A DNA stretch of 64,000 bases from an uncultured Bacteroides sp. (GTDB lineage: Bacteria; Bacillota; Clostridia; Christensenellales; CAG-917), in contig CAZXUW010000005.1 of the NCBI GenBank assembly GCA_964644355.1, positions 24,232-88,231 on the forward strand. The letters run 5' to 3'. Each line of letters opens with the position of its first letter. Positions within the stretch are counted from its first letter, which is position 1. Positions 63,293 to 64,000 of this stretch are shown here, one piece after another. The position numbers and the translations under genes are program-made. The notes below the pieces were generated by a model, which saw nothing but the letters and a program-made list of their open reading frames with translations, was not told where the DNA came from and made no database searches.

Positions 63293-63682
63293 TTATATTG
63301 CAGACATAAGTGTTGACACAACTTCAACAAGGGCTTTGACAATTGAAATGCTCATAAGAAATATAATTATTTTTCCGCCAAATTGTAGCTTTTGAGCAAT
63401 CGATGCACACCCTGCATCAGAGGCAACCGAAGAAGAATATTCCGTCAAATATCCAATGCCTATAATCTTCAAAACAATTGCAAACACCTCGTCATTCACA
63501 CCGCTCTTTGTCACAATATCGTCAAAAGCAATCACAACGTCCGTAAGACTTGAGAGCATAATTGCCACCATAACAACTCCCGTTGCAATGCTTGCAAACA
63601 CCGCAAACTCAGGTTTTGCGGTTTTCAAAAGCGTTATGACAACCACCCCTGTAAGTGCGATTCCAATAAGTTTGAATATCAT
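63293..63682 (-). CDS. spoIIIAD: Stage III sporulation protein AD
   Basis: 129-aa 4-TM protein MIFKLIGIALTGVVVITLLK... A GGGAG RBS is present. Confidence 0.85.
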   Translation of the reverse strand: MIFKLIGIALTGVVVITLLKTAKPEFAVFASIATGVVMVAIMLSSLTDVVIAFDDIVTKSGVNDEVFAIVLKIIGIGYLTEYSSSVASDAGCASIAQKLQFGGKIIIFLMSISIVKALVEVVSTLMSAI

Positions 63683-63744
63683 ACGTTATGCTCCCAAAAT
63701 TTACCCGTTTACGCAAAAAACCGACTTTATATCACAATAATGCG

Positions 63745-63942
63745 TCAATAAAGTGCCAATATTGATTTTAGCGTGTCAAAAAGCCCACCAAGCATATCCA
63801 ACACGAGCACCGCAACAATGATAAGTCCGGCAAGCGTTGCAAAGGTGGCAATCTCATCTCTGTCACTCTTTTTCAATATCACGCAAACAATTGCCGTAAG
63901 CAAGCCGACTCCTGTGATTTTCAATATAATATCAACGTCCAT
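63745..63942 (-). CDS. spoIIIAC: Stage III sporulation protein AC
   Basis: 65-aa 2-TM protein MDVDIILKITGVGLLTAIVCVILKKSDRDEIATFATLAG... An AAGGAG RBS precedes ATG 63942. Confidence 0.85.
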   Translation of the reverse strand: MDVDIILKITGVGLLTAIVCVILKKSDRDEIATFATLAGLIIVAVLVLDMLGGLFDTLKSILALY

Positions 63943-64000
63943 ATCTATCACTCCTTGTGTCACACAATCCCCCGTTTCTAGGGCGTTGCATTGTCACCGC

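Noticed and set aside
63965-64000. Possible 3' end of spoIIIAB at the window edge.
   Set aside because: Only ~36 nt are available, too little to support a call.

Overview
This 64-kb chromosomal window comes from a spore-forming Firmicute, probably a Clostridia-like organism. Supporting marks are the spoIIIAC-AH operon, comM-dprA-topA-trmFO-hslVU synteny, an FMN riboswitch and SipW-type signal peptidases. About 60 genes are present and almost all are on the minus strand. All assignments rest on motif recognition by eye; no database search was possible.

The regions 0-44 kb and 56.7-64 kb are housekeeping. They hold hrcA with a CIRCE-like operator, tRNA-Thr, a permease and an ABC exporter, and rluD-lspA-sepF-ylmE. 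They also hold a GH36 gene, murF-ddl, an FMN-riboswitch-controlled ribU::tsaE-tsaB-rimI unit, nadD::yqeK-rsfS, obg, nfnAB and nth. Further genes are glyA, trxA, hisS, hslVU, trmFO, topA, dprA, comM, tRNA-Leu/Cys/Gly, ispA-xseBA-nusB and spoIIIA.

The stand-out is a ~12.3-kb accessory locus at 44.4-56.7 kb. Two SipW-like signal peptidases bracket a membrane-anchored McrB-like AAA+ GTPase and an McrC-N-domain-like protein. The McrC-like protein has no nuclease and instead carries a 620-aa charged repeat tail. Next to them are two convergent TasA/camelysin-like secreted proteins whose promoter, 5'UTR and signal-peptide regions form a 225-bp inverted repeat (224/225 identical). The locus also has a membrane-anchored paralogue sharing their C-terminal motif and a degenerate-EAL protein with C-terminal aromatic/Gly repeats. 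The sipW-2 operon has a strong promoter with an 18-bp perfect palindrome at the predicted TSS. Its ~186-nt leader is built from two tandem copies of a structured motif. I am not aware of a described system with this combination and flag it as the main candidate.

Smaller oddities are a G6 homopolymer frameshift in an ECF S-component, a MurF with a polytopic membrane N-domain, gene fusions (ribU-tsaE, nadD-yqeK), a tRNA-Leu 5' fragment duplicate and a possible sRNA region downstream of obg.
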